From contig SMSO01000036.1 of assembly GCA_004764695.1 (NCBI GenBank), forward strand, positions 2,170,001 to 2,234,000: DNA of 64,000 nt, read 5' to 3'. Within the stretch, counting starts at the first letter, position 1; each line of letters starts with the position of its first letter. This document shows, in pieces, positions 22,677-32,878 of this stretch. The notes beneath the pieces were generated by a model. That model did not search any database. It was not told the DNA's origin and saw only the letters and a list, made by a program, of their open reading frames with translations. The position numbers were made by a program, and so were the translations under genes. Origin of the DNA: Schizochytrium sp. TIO01 (Eukaryota > Protista > Bigyra: Labyrinthulomycetes).

Positions 22677-24784
22677 TTCCGCACGCAAGCAATTCAATAT
22701 GATGAACCTTTTCTAGCAAGTTTATACCAACCCACGGAACGTTAGATACAAGGCATCCAGATCACAAATCTTGTACCCATCCGCGATCATGTCAAGGTGA
22801 GAACTGAACAAGCCGTCATTCCAAGTCAGTCTTGTCCATACAAAGCTTTGTTAGACAGCTGTTTCCCTTCACTTCTCTTTGTGTACAATAATTAATATGC
22901 TTGCAATCGCCGAACATTTGTTTTAATTCCTTGTAAACCTCACTATTCCCCATGCTTGCCAATACATATGTTTCTTGACCGACAGTTCATATAATTTGAA
23001 TGTCAAACGTCAATTTTCTATATATACGTCCAAACATAAATCTCGTTTTGGCAACTTTATATTTTTATATGCGCCATTCCTTGCTGATTTCACTTAATAT
23101 CACTAAGGCCTCTGGCGTTATGTTGGGTTGGGTTTTAACCAGTTAGTGCTACACCATAATATTTTGGTAGCAGCGAAATGAGAAAGAACAAAGTTGATTT
23201 TAACAGAACAAATTGTGCTGAGGCGTTTGTGTTTCTTTCAGTGATTGATAACGAACATGGCACGCACGTATCCAATCTAGAATGTCTTGCGACTGAGCAA
23301 CACAGGCAAGAAGACCTATTTCCATAGTTTTTTGAAATTAACCTAGTCCATATAACATATGATTACTCTTCCTTTTGAGAATACTTGGCATGGCTGTGAT
23401 TAGTTTATTCCTTCATAAAGATCCAATAAGTGAATAGAGTGCGGATAGGCTGTGCGATGTTGGATTTAGCGTGCTTTAAACGGTATAGCAGATTCGTATA
23501 TTGAGACAGGACTTTTAAACCGCCATCAAAACTTTGCATCCTGGCATCGGCAGGAAAGCGATTCCTTTATTTTGCATTCAACGGTATGTCCAACAATAGC
23601 ATCATATGAAGATCTGCATCATAAAAAGTAACCCAGTTCGAAGCCCTAAGCTTCAATGTTATCTGTTAAGGTAATGACTTTCGATCATGATCGAGGTCTT
23701 CACTTTATTTTCTCCATCGTCAAGAAGTTGGAAAGGAAGAATTATGCATTAGTACCCTCAGGCTTTCTTATAACCCCTCTTTTGCCCCGGTCCTTTCGGA
23801 GCGTTGGAGAACACGATTAGTATCTATTTTATTTCAAAGCAAGAATCCAATGGTTTTAATTTCTCGAACAATATAAATAAAAATGCTGCAGAAATTTGAA
23901 GAAGATTGAAGAAAAATCTTCGCTGCCATTTTCGTACACCTACACCTTCGTTGCGCATCTGCCGTTTTTGTCATGAAGTGCCTTCGTCAACACTAAACCT
24001 TGCGGAGTCAAAATCCTCAATCCGCTAATGCGGATAGTCTATTCTCTCCCGTTGAGAAGGGGTTTGCTGTTGATTTCCACCCTTCAACAGAGATATTCAT
24101 CGAAGATGCGCTGCAACTGTCCTCCCAGCCAGCCAATGACCTCTTCTCACCCACCTAGTATTCACTGCTTCTTTCGCTTCGCGAGACCTTTCTTGAAACT
24201 CTTCGCTCCGACTGCTCTTGGTCCCCGGCTACTACTACAGTTTTGCAAGCTGGCACGTGCCTGCGTCTGGCTCGCACCCGTAGCAACTAACTATCTAGTA
24301 TGAGTGCGGTCCATAATCGCCAGCTTCAACAAATCACAGCTTCAACAAATCGCAGGCCTGACCAGGAGCCGTCTGGGCACTGGGGGGATAACTTTCAGGG
24401 CTCAATGACATCTTGGTGTTGCCCACCCTGCCACTCGGACCCTTCGAGAGTCGCCCAGGCTCATCGCAATCTTCAACCTCTCGCGCATTCATTCCCTCGC
24501 TTCAATCTAAATGTGCCGCAATTGCACGTCTCTATCTTTCTTAAAATCAAATTTTAATTAATTAAAAAAAAGGAAAAAGGAAAGGGAAAAAGGAATGAGA
24601 CTGATTCCTATAGGGTATCCATGGTAACCCCTTTCCTACTAAATAAACTACGACTGTGACGTGAAAAAATATAGCAGTTTACCATGATTCACGGTGGAGG
24701 CACAGCGGTGGCCTCCTATCCGATACTATAGCACCTCCTACCTACGTCCGCTCTAGCACAGATTGTGGACCGCTCTTAAAAGCA

Positions 24785-24887
24785 TAAATGAATGAAATAA
24801 ATAAATAAATGAATGAATAAATGAATGAATAAATGAATGAATGAATAAATGAATGAATGAATAAATGAATGAATGAATGAATGAATG
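24785..24887. repeat. Compound (ATGA/ATAA)n microsatellite
   Basis: aatgaatgaataaatgaatgaat... over about 100 bp. Confidence 0.9.
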
Positions 24888-25065
24888 ACTAAAGGTTGAA
24901 GAAACTGCGATGGCAAATCCAAAACAGTTTGCGAGGTAAGTCCAAGAGACGCCGAAGTCCACGAGGGCTGCGGAGGCCGCTCTCCTCGTCGCAGGGAACG
25001 CCTCTGCGGACACGACTCTACGCGTGTTCCGCCTGTGCCGGGGGGTAAGAGTTGAGCTGGTGATG

Positions 25066-25087
25066 GATAGATAGATAGATAGATAGT
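25066..25087. repeat. (GATA)n microsatellite
   Basis: gatagatagatagatagatag. Confidence 0.85.
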
Positions 25088-25517
25088 TGGAGATGGCTCA
25101 TGCATGCCGCAGAGATCCTGCTTTCGTATGCCACCTTTTCAGGCAGTTACCTCTTGCTTGGGGAATTGAGGTCCACCCAGACAGCCCTGTGCGGGTCGAA
25201 GAGAGGAGCACGAGGCCTGCGCCAGAAGCCGGAGAGTGAGACCGCATCGTTCCCTGGCGTGCCTTCACCCGGTGTGGCGCGGTATCGAGGGTGCTGGTGG
25301 CCACGCGAAGTGCGAGCGGAGGAAACATGAGTTCCAGAAGTTGCCAATGTTCCAAGCGTTCAACCCCTTTTTGCTTTGCAGATTGCACTACAAGTTGCCT
25401 TAGGGATCCTAGATATCTTGTAGCAATACGTACAAAGCAGCGAGGTGGGGGTGACCTTGGGGCCCTCGTGTTCTACCCCGTTCTCCATTGGGCTGTGATT
25501 TCTGGCGTTTCTGCCTC

Positions 25518-25568
25518 CTTTTCTTTTCTTTTCTTTTCTTTTCTTTTCTTTTCTTTTCTTTTCTTTTC
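25518..25568. repeat. (CTTTT)10 microsatellite
   Basis: Perfect pentamer run. Confidence 0.9.
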
Positions 25569-26028
25569 AAGTTCTCCCGTTGCACGATCCTCCTCACAGG
25601 CTCGTGTGAGGGGGTTGCGAATCAGCATTGCGCCCTGCCTCTCATCCGCCACTGCACTTTTCTGTGCCACGGCAGTCGCAGTGGGGATGTGAGCGCAAGA
25701 TCCACGTCTGTTGCTTTGAAAGTGTGCTTTCACAGGTCACTTGCCTATGTGAGTAGACAGAGAACCAATGTCCCCCGGAGGCAATAGACGGAGGTATTTA
25801 AGATGTAGGGTTGTTTTAGCGTAAACTGCTAAGTGGGTGTGGCAGAACGGTCTTTGAAAGTTTTGAAGATTGTTTTCAAGTTGAGAGAGAAAAGAAAGAA
25901 AGAAAAGTAAAGAAAAGAAGAAAGGAGGAAAGTAAGGGAGAATAAGCTTGGAAATGTAATGCGTGTGAAGTTGAATGAACGAGGTTTGAGAATTATGGAA
26001 AGCAGAATCCTAACTTAGCATTGGAACG

Positions 26029-26715
26029 ATGCTGCGCGCAGGTTTGGGACAGGCGTCGCGTACGGCGGCGGCCTGGCGTGGACTTAGCACGATGTCTAAG
26101 CGTACGCGGTATGAGATCAGCGAGGAGACACTCCATGGCGCGAACATGGAGGCCAAGACCCTGATGGAGGGCGACCTCATCAAGCTCGACGAGCTCAAGG
26201 GCAAGGCTGTCCTTGTGTCGAACGTTGCAACAACGTGAGGCACGACTACAATGGGGTTTAAACTTGCCAACGAGCTCAAAGAGCAGTATGGCGACAAACT
26301 TGAGGTTCTCCTCTTTCCGTGCAACCAGCATGGTTACCAGAACTACCACGACAAGCAGGAGATCCTCAACTCACTCAAGTACGTCCGTCCGGGCGAAGGC
26401 TTCATCTCCAACTGCACTCTGATGGAGAAGTGTGACATCGCAGGTGAGAACATTCATCCTTTCTGGAAGACTCTCATCACCTCGATGCCGCTCCGTAACA
26501 CCACACCCACGTACGAATTCGAGAATCCGTTTGGCATCCAGAACAACAGCACCTTCCGCATGGCCGGTTGGCACCCTGTTGTTCCCCAGGATGTGATCTG
26601 GAACTTTGAATGGTTCCTCATCGGCCCTGACGGCAGACCTATCCGGCGCTACCACCCGCACCCGGAGAAGTTTGTGGAGCCTATCAAGGAGGATCTTAAG
26701 GAGCTCCTTGGCTAA
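26029..26715 (+). CDS. GPX: Selenocysteine-containing glutathione peroxidase (GPx1-like), 228 aa, Sec70 encoded by TGA 26236-26238, probable mitochondrial presequence
   Basis: ORFs 26029..26238 and 26251..26715 are in the same frame. Read-through gives LKGKAVLVSNVATT-U-GTT (GPx NVAxxUGxT), then FPCNQHGYQN, LKYVRPGEGF and DVIWNFEWFLIGPDGRPIRRY. The N-terminus is Arg/Ala/Ser-rich without acidic residues. Confidence 0.92.
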
Positions 26716-26943
26716 ACTACTTTAGTCCTTGCGAGCTGCCGCTCCTTGTGCCAAGTGACCTTTTCTGTTGACCCTCTGATCTTTGTTATTTTATTATCGT
26801 GTGATGAGTTGAACTTTGCACGTAATTAACAACAAAGGCTGAGTTGTAGACAGGCAGGGTAGTTTTTCAAATCTTAAGAAAATCTGCACAAGATTTTGAT
26901 AGATATTTTCACGCGTCCTTTGTGATGCCCGAGCAAGTACCCA

Positions 26944-27079
26944 CTGATGACGATGATGTTGTGTAAATTGAGTTGCTCTTTGCGAGCAAACGCATGGCTT
27001 CGTCCGAAAACAGGATGACGGATAGGGGGAGCGCATAAACCCACGTAAACCTGATGCCAATTCCTACCGGGACCACTTG
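26944..27079 (+). promoter_or_regulatory. Two candidate SECIS-like hairpins downstream of GPx
   Basis: Folded by eye. (a) TGAT 26945 / CGAA 27005 core, GACGA/TCGTC stem, AAA 26965-67, apical ministem TTGCTC/GAGCAA. (b) ATGAC 27015 / GGAC 27070 core, lower helix CAGG/CTTG, TAGGGG/TTCCTA stem, AAA 27037-39. Both upper stems are longer than canonical. Confidence 0.4.
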
Positions 27080-28753
27080 CCGGCCACACCTTGGTCGAAG
27101 ATTTTGTCTACATCTTCTTGTCCGCTTGTTGCCTTTTTTCTTCTTCTTTTCTTTTCTTTTTTAAAATTGGAATAATATCTTGCTTCTTTTTTTATTAGAT
27201 ATCGCAATAATTGAAGAATCTATTACGATCTTCAAGATCAGCCATACACCGCTTGTCCATTTTGAAATTAATAACAAAATCACCTTTCTCCTGAATGAGC
27301 AGCCAAACGTCTTGTTTTGCTTTTGTCTTGAGGAAACAGAGACTCCATCATAATTTGAACTTTAGTTTTATTATTCTTTGAGTATCTCCACCCTATTCAA
27401 ACGCACTGGCCGCGACTTTTCGATGGACACGCATCTCACATTCTTCGCACTTCAAAGGGAACGCTTCATGTCGATATCAACCTATCTATTGGCAATGTTC
27501 TATCCACCATATATTTTGACTCATTGTATACCAAACGAGGAACAATCGTAGAGCCCAAACGGAGCTCCCTCTCCATGCAAAATGTCTTCGGTCGTGCCGT
27601 GAATGTCAAAATTGACCAAAATATATTTCTCAGAATTTTGCTAGTAGCAGCTATGACGCTCAGGTTCGAGGCAGAGATTTATCTGTCAATTTTGCCCGGC
27701 ACATTCACTTCGGCAAGTGCGAAGTACTTAGCATTAAGTCAAATCATAACCCGAATGCAATGTACAATCATACATGAGTGGCATCTTTATGAAAACTTAT
27801 GAAGGAACAAAAGAAGAAATGGAGTGGCTTTTGTGCCGGCTAATATGTTTGATAATCTTTGCTGCCGAGTTCATCAGTGTTGAGGCAGTGCCAAGATCGA
27901 CCGACACTCATTTAAGCATTGCAAGGAGAAATCTTATTTCTTCCGAAGTTGCTAGCGAAGGGATTTACACTTTACATAACCAATGCAAAGGAGTTGGAGA
28001 CGTGACGCTTCTAGACCTAGCCTCTTAGCCTTTGCAACAACTAGAGAAGCAAGCTGGAATTAGAATCCTATCTTTACATTTCATCAATCCAACAACTTGA
28101 AAATTCCAATGCTTAAAAAATAATATAAAATAATAATAAAATATCATGACGGTGTAAATTCTGTTTATTTATTTTTTCAAATAAAATAGTTAGTATTCAA
28201 GTTTTCTTTTTTTAAAGGTGGTCACAGTGGCTTTAGACAAAAAGTTAATTTTGAGAAAATGAACTTAAACCTTTGACCTTAGGAGGTCTTAATACATACA
28301 CAATGGTCTCCCCCTCAACTTCCTCGATTAATGATGAGGCGCTAGCCAAGGTTAAAGAAATACAACTGCAGTGAAGCTTTCCTTATTTACAGCTGTTCCT
28401 CCTTTCCAAACGTCGACCTCACTCTCCTGGAGTTCTTGGCGACGCCGATACCAGCTTCAATGAATCTGAGTGAAGCTAATGCCGATATTGTCCTCAATTA
28501 ATATTATTACTAATTATATATAGAGAGAGAAAATTTAATTTTAAAACGTATCTACTAAGACACTTACAAGCAGCTTTAAAGACAACAATGTTTCCAGCAC
28601 ATGTGCAGGTACAGATTGGGTTGATGCTCACAACTAGACAATTGTCATGATGTGCTAGATGTCGCCTGGAGAACAGACCCGGCTCGATTCTCTCTATGGC
28701 CCACTGAGTTTCTTCCATCTATTTAATTATTTTATTTATTTATATATAAATAC

Positions 28754-28756
<3 letters not shown>

Positions 28757-28785
<29 letters not shown>
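28757..28785. repeat. (TA)n microsatellite
   Basis: tatatatata run. Confidence 0.9.
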
Positions 28786-28788
<3 letters not shown>

Positions 28789-29910
28789 CAGATAAAATAA
28801 GCTTCAAAGGCCTTCACCAAGCCATCGTAGGGAGGTTCTTACACATTGTTAACTCAAAACGAGGAGCGTTGGTCATGATCATTATATAGAACCAATAGTG
28901 TCCAAAGTTTGGTGATTTGCCGAAGGTTTTCACTTTTTGTCTAGTCACGTTTTCGAAGTGGAAATTGAAGTTTAATTGAGTTCACTTTCAAGTTCGAGAC
29001 AAGTCTCGAAGTCAGGTTCTTAGATAATCTTACTCCATGAAGGTCGGCCAGATCATGTTCAATCCTGGTGTGTTGTCATGATACATAACATCGATGACAA
29101 GCATGATGATCACGCTCATAGGTACAACACCCCTAGGGCTTCCTAGACCGAGGCAGCCACTCTGCCAGTCAGGTTTGCCCTGGCTGTGCAGCACAGCGAC
29201 GTTCAGGCCGCCAGCACAGCACAGTTCTCTCTTCTCTCTGACTGCTAGCGATTGCGTGCACAAGACTGACGACAACTGCAACTGAAGGATGGATGACGAG
29301 GGTGAGAGATGTAAGTGCTGGTAGTGACTAGCAGGGAGGGAACTCGGAACTCAGACTCTTAGAGCCAAAGCGAGTGTTCTTCGCTGTTCAGGAGTCCATT
29401 TGTTTCTTACGTACATTGGGATCAGAGTTGCCTGCTTTACAGGGACTCTGTTCCGGTTCCTGTACCTTGGCACTGAGTGCCCACATCGCCAGTCTTCGCT
29501 ACCGCGAAGCAAGACCAGCGAGGGGTTGAGAAGAGTTGGCAGCAAACCCGCAACTCGCGTGCAGCAGGATCGTAGGCTCGAGCAAGGCGTGGCTTTGTCA
29601 AACCTGAGTTTGGTCTCAACGCAGTCCTGTGCCACAAGAACCCACTCAACGTGTTTGAGAGAGTGAGTCAATCAATCAGTCAATCAATCGACAAGGCGAG
29701 AAAACAAGCAAAAACTAAACCTGAAGAAAACAAATTCTCTGCTCAGGCGTGAATAGATCTATTGCCCTGGCAAGGGCGTGAAGAAGGCAAACCCGTAACA
29801 GGCCTTCGAATTCAAGGGCCTGAGTGAACGGAGGCAGTTGAGCAACAGGTACCTAGGGCAAGAAGTCTGGAATCTTGAAATTGAGCTTGCCAGAGGAAAA
29901 GAGAACAAAC

Positions 29911-29976
29911 GAGAAAGAAAGAAAAGAGAAAAGAAAAGAAAGAAAGAGAAAAGAAAAGAGAAAAGAAAGAAAAAAC
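29911..29976. repeat. Polypurine (GAAAA/GAAA)n tract upstream of SelO
   Basis: Degenerate pentamer run; it produces the spurious K/E/R-rich N-terminal extension of ORF 29875. Confidence 0.85.
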
Positions 29977-30027
29977 TTTGACAGTAAGTATAGCAAAGCG
30001 CTTTCTATCATTTCTTTCTGTGGTTTC

Positions 30028-31956
30028 ATGTCGCAGCAGCATATCCGACTGGCAGCCCTCCGTGGCGGCCCTTCTTGCTGGACTTCTTCGTCCCGCGCAC
30101 GAACCCTCTCTACTCTTACCCCCCCTCCCTTTCCTGACCTCCAACCGAAGCGCAAGGTCGCTACTTCTGCTGTCAGAGACCCGTCTAATCGCAGCATGGC
30201 TTCCGATGATCAGACCTTGCGCCCTAGCGTCTCTTCAGCCGACGCAGGGCCTCTCGCTCCATTCCTCGGTCGCCTCCAGAACACCTTCATCAACGAGCTC
30301 GATGCTGACCCACAGGAGCGCGATTGCTTTCCTAACCGAAAGTCCCGGCCCATCCACTCCGGCCACTTTGTCCGCATCGAGCCCACACCGCTCAAGAAGC
30401 CTTTCCCGATCGCTGTTTCCGACGATATGATAACTCGTCTTGGCCTTTCAGAGGCCGTCCAGAGCGAGCAGTTCGAGCGCCTCTTCTCGGCACATGGCGA
30501 CCTGGTGGATTCTTGGTGTACACCATACGCGGTGTCAGTGTATGGGTACCCCATCGAGTCCCCTGACCCGTTTGGCGGAAAGGGCTATGGAGATGGACGT
30601 GCGTGCAGCATTGGTGAGTTTGTGGGCACAGATGGACAAAGGTGGGAGCTACAGCTGAAGGGATGCGGGCCGACGCCGTTTGCACGTAATTTTGATGGAC
30701 GAGCGGTGCTGAGGTCAAGCGTGAGGGAGTTTCTGGTGTCGGAGGCGATGCACCACCTCGGGGTGCCGACGACGAGGGCTGTGACGCTGATGGCATCTGA
30801 AGAGGAGTTCGTGCCAAGGGCATGGTATAGAGACACAACGCCGGCTTCTAGTTACGACTACCCACCAGATGCGATGCGAAAGGAAAGATGTGCAATTGCT
30901 TGCCGCGCTTCAAGCTCGTTTCTGAGGGTGGGACAAGTGGAACTCTTTAGTCGCAGACTGGCGAGGGGAGATGCCGGGGCGCAAGAGGAGTTTGAAAAGT
31001 TCATGAACCACTGCATCAGGGTAGAGTTTCCAAACCTTGTGCCCAGTGTCAAGGCCGACGGACTTCCTCACGTGCTGGTGGAGATGCTAGGTGTTTTTGC
31101 GGAACGCCAGGCTACTCTCGCTACAGAGTGGAACCGCGTAGGCTATGTGCAGGGTAACATGAATTCAGACAACTGCCTGCTTAACGGAGTCACGATGGAT
31201 TATGGTCCCTTTGGATTTATGGAATCCTACCATCCGCTGTGGACCCCGTTCACAAGTGACCCTGATCGCAAGTTTGGATTTGAGCGCCAGCGCACGGCGG
31301 CCCAAGTGAACCTTGCTACACTTGCAGAGGCACTTACACCACTCCTGAAGCAAGGTGATCCTGATCTGATTGTGCGTGCTAAGGAAATTGTGAGTGAATA
31401 CTACCCCTCCGTTCTTGAAGCTAAGCGCGCCAAGATGACTCGTGCGAAACTTGGTCTGCAGAAGGATTGGAACTTGGAGATGGAGAAGAGACTCTGGCAG
31501 CCACTGTACACCGGCTTGATCAACCTTGATTACACAATCTTCTTTCGTGAGCTCTCTAACGTTACAGACGAAGTCATCAGTCAACAGAACCCCAAGGCAC
31601 TCATTTCTATGTTGGAAGAGCGTGCGTCTTACGAGCCGCTCGACGACGACCAACGTGAAACGATGGAAAGCTGGGCTCAGGAATGGCTGAAGGAAGTCAG
31701 CAGTGACTCCTTCTCGGAGAAGGACCGTCTTGCATGTATGCGAGCGGCCAACCCAAAATACATCCCTCGTGAATGGATGCTGAAGGAAGCCTATGAAGCT
31801 GCCGAAAGCAAGGACTACAAACCCTTGCAAACGCTTCAAAAGTTGTTTGAGACACCATATGACGAACACAGCGATCTAGAGAGTGCCTTTTACAAGCGTG
31901 TTCCAGAGAGTTCTCGCCGCAAGCCTGGCGTTGCTTTCTTTTCATGCTCTTCTTAA
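30028..31956 (+). CDS. SELO: SelO-family protein adenylyltransferase (pseudokinase AMPylase), Cys-type, probable mitochondrial presequence
   Basis: GYGDGRA, WELQLKGCGPTPF, DGRAVLRSSVREFLVSEAM..LGVPTTRA, QGNMNSDN, DYGPFGF, NPKYIPREW and C-terminal SCSS. ATG 30028 gives an Arg/Ser-rich leader; alternative ATG at 30196. Confidence 0.95.
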   Translation: MSQQHIRLAALRGGPSCWTSSSRARTLSTLTPPPFPDLQPKRKVATSAVRDPSNRSMASDDQTLRPSVSSADAGPLAPFLGRLQNTFINELDADPQERDCFPNRKSRPIHSGHFVRIEPTPLKKPFPIAVSDDMITRLGLSEAVQSEQFERLFSAHGDLVDSWCTPYAVSVYGYPIESPDPFGGKGYGDGRACSIGEFVGTDGQRWELQLKGCGPTPFARNFDGRAVLRSSVREFLVSEAMHHLGVPTTRAVTLMASEEEFVPRAWYRDTTPASSYDYPPDAMRKERCAIACRASSSFLRVGQVELFSRRLARGDAGAQEEFEKFMNHCIRVEFPNLVPSVKADGLPHVLVEMLGVFAERQATLATEWNRVGYVQGNMNSDNCLLNGVTMDYGPFGFMESYHPLWTPFTSDPDRKFGFERQRTAAQVNLATLAEALTPLLKQGDPDLIVRAKEIVSEYYPSVLEAKRAKMTRAKLGLQKDWNLEMEKRLWQPLYTGLINLDYTIFFRELSNVTDEVISQQNPKALISMLEERASYEPLDDDQRETMESWAQEWLKEVSSDSFSEKDRLACMRAANPKYIPREWMLKEAYEAAESKDYKPLQTLQKLFETPYDEHSDLESAFYKRVPESSRRKPGVAFFSCSS

Positions 31957-32878
31957 TTGAAAGGAATGCACTCTCAGGATGCATGTTTCATGAAAATGTT
32001 TGTCCAAGAATCTAAATTTAATTGACACTATCCAAGAGTGATTGATTCTAATTGCAACCCAAAAGCTACTGTCGTGTTGGTGGCATTGTACAAGCATCGA
32101 GAATACATGTTTTGCCATTCAGTATAATATCGTTGCAGAAGAGGCAGTACATAACTACTGGTTGCCTGCCTAGACATGTGCACTCTTCATGCTTTCGTTT
32201 TCTCTCTCAAACGAAATTTTCGGAAAAAAATAACCTGTAAAGCAAATCTGAAGTTACATTTTTGATCAAGTTTTCGATTTGGTTTTTCGTGATTATCTTT
32301 ATACTAAGATAGTAAAACATTCTCATGAACTGTTCCAACAACAACTTTTCTAGCTTGACAAAGAACACATAAATGGGAAAGGACTAACGGTGAGTTAAAG
32401 GAGAACAGACATCAAACATAAAAAAAGAGCTGTAAACATATCTTTCGCCTTTTGAAGCTTACTAGGTGTTTTTTTTTTAATGGTTCATCTCTGCTACTCT
32501 CTAGAATTCTCTACTACAGCCCAAAGTCAACATCGAAGCTGATGACCAAAGAGCGTATGTCTTAACTGGTGTTGGAGGCATACCTTTAATTCTTTTTTCA
32601 CTTCCAGAGAGGTGGCACAGGGTGAAAACAAAAGACAAATCCATCAATAAGCACACAATTTGCGAGGTCTTTGTTTAGGTGCACGACTTGAGCGATCTTT
32701 TTGCCACTTGATTGATCAATGAAAGCCTGTACATGGCCAAGAATTAGCAAAAGGTTGATGAAGACGGCATGTTAAAAGATCCAGAGGTACCTGAGAGGCA
32801 GGCTAGCGTGTTCCTACCACCCAAGACATGAAAGAAAGTAGATTCCCACAAGGGATTCTGTATCTGCTGGGGTCTAAT

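Noticed and set aside
24681-24701. 21-bp motif acc(a/c)tgattcacggtgg(a/c)ggc recurring at 39221-39241
   Set aside because: A 19/21 match is roughly what chance gives once in an all-against-all comparison of 64 kb; only two copies seen.
24753-25787. Short ORFs with FIHS or KRKEK/FFSFL repeats
   Set aside because: Translations of microsatellites.
26236-26238. GPx as a nonsense pseudogene or a sign of genome-wide UGA reassignment
   Set aside because: The TGA sits exactly at the catalytic residue of an otherwise intact, codon-biased gene, and no other gene in the window needs UGA read-through.
26801-26947. Possible C/D-box snoRNA (GTGATGA at 26801, CTGA at 26839 and 26944)
   Set aside because: No recognisable rRNA-complementary guide or terminal stem; the sequence is better explained as GPx 3'-UTR structure.
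28303-28472. Short ORF with an internal TGA as a second selenoprotein
   Set aside because: No redox motif or known selenoprotein family similarity around the TGA.
29875-30027. K/E/R-rich N-terminal extension of the SelO ORF
   Set aside because: It is the translation of a polypurine microsatellite from a TTG start; the first ATG is at 30028.
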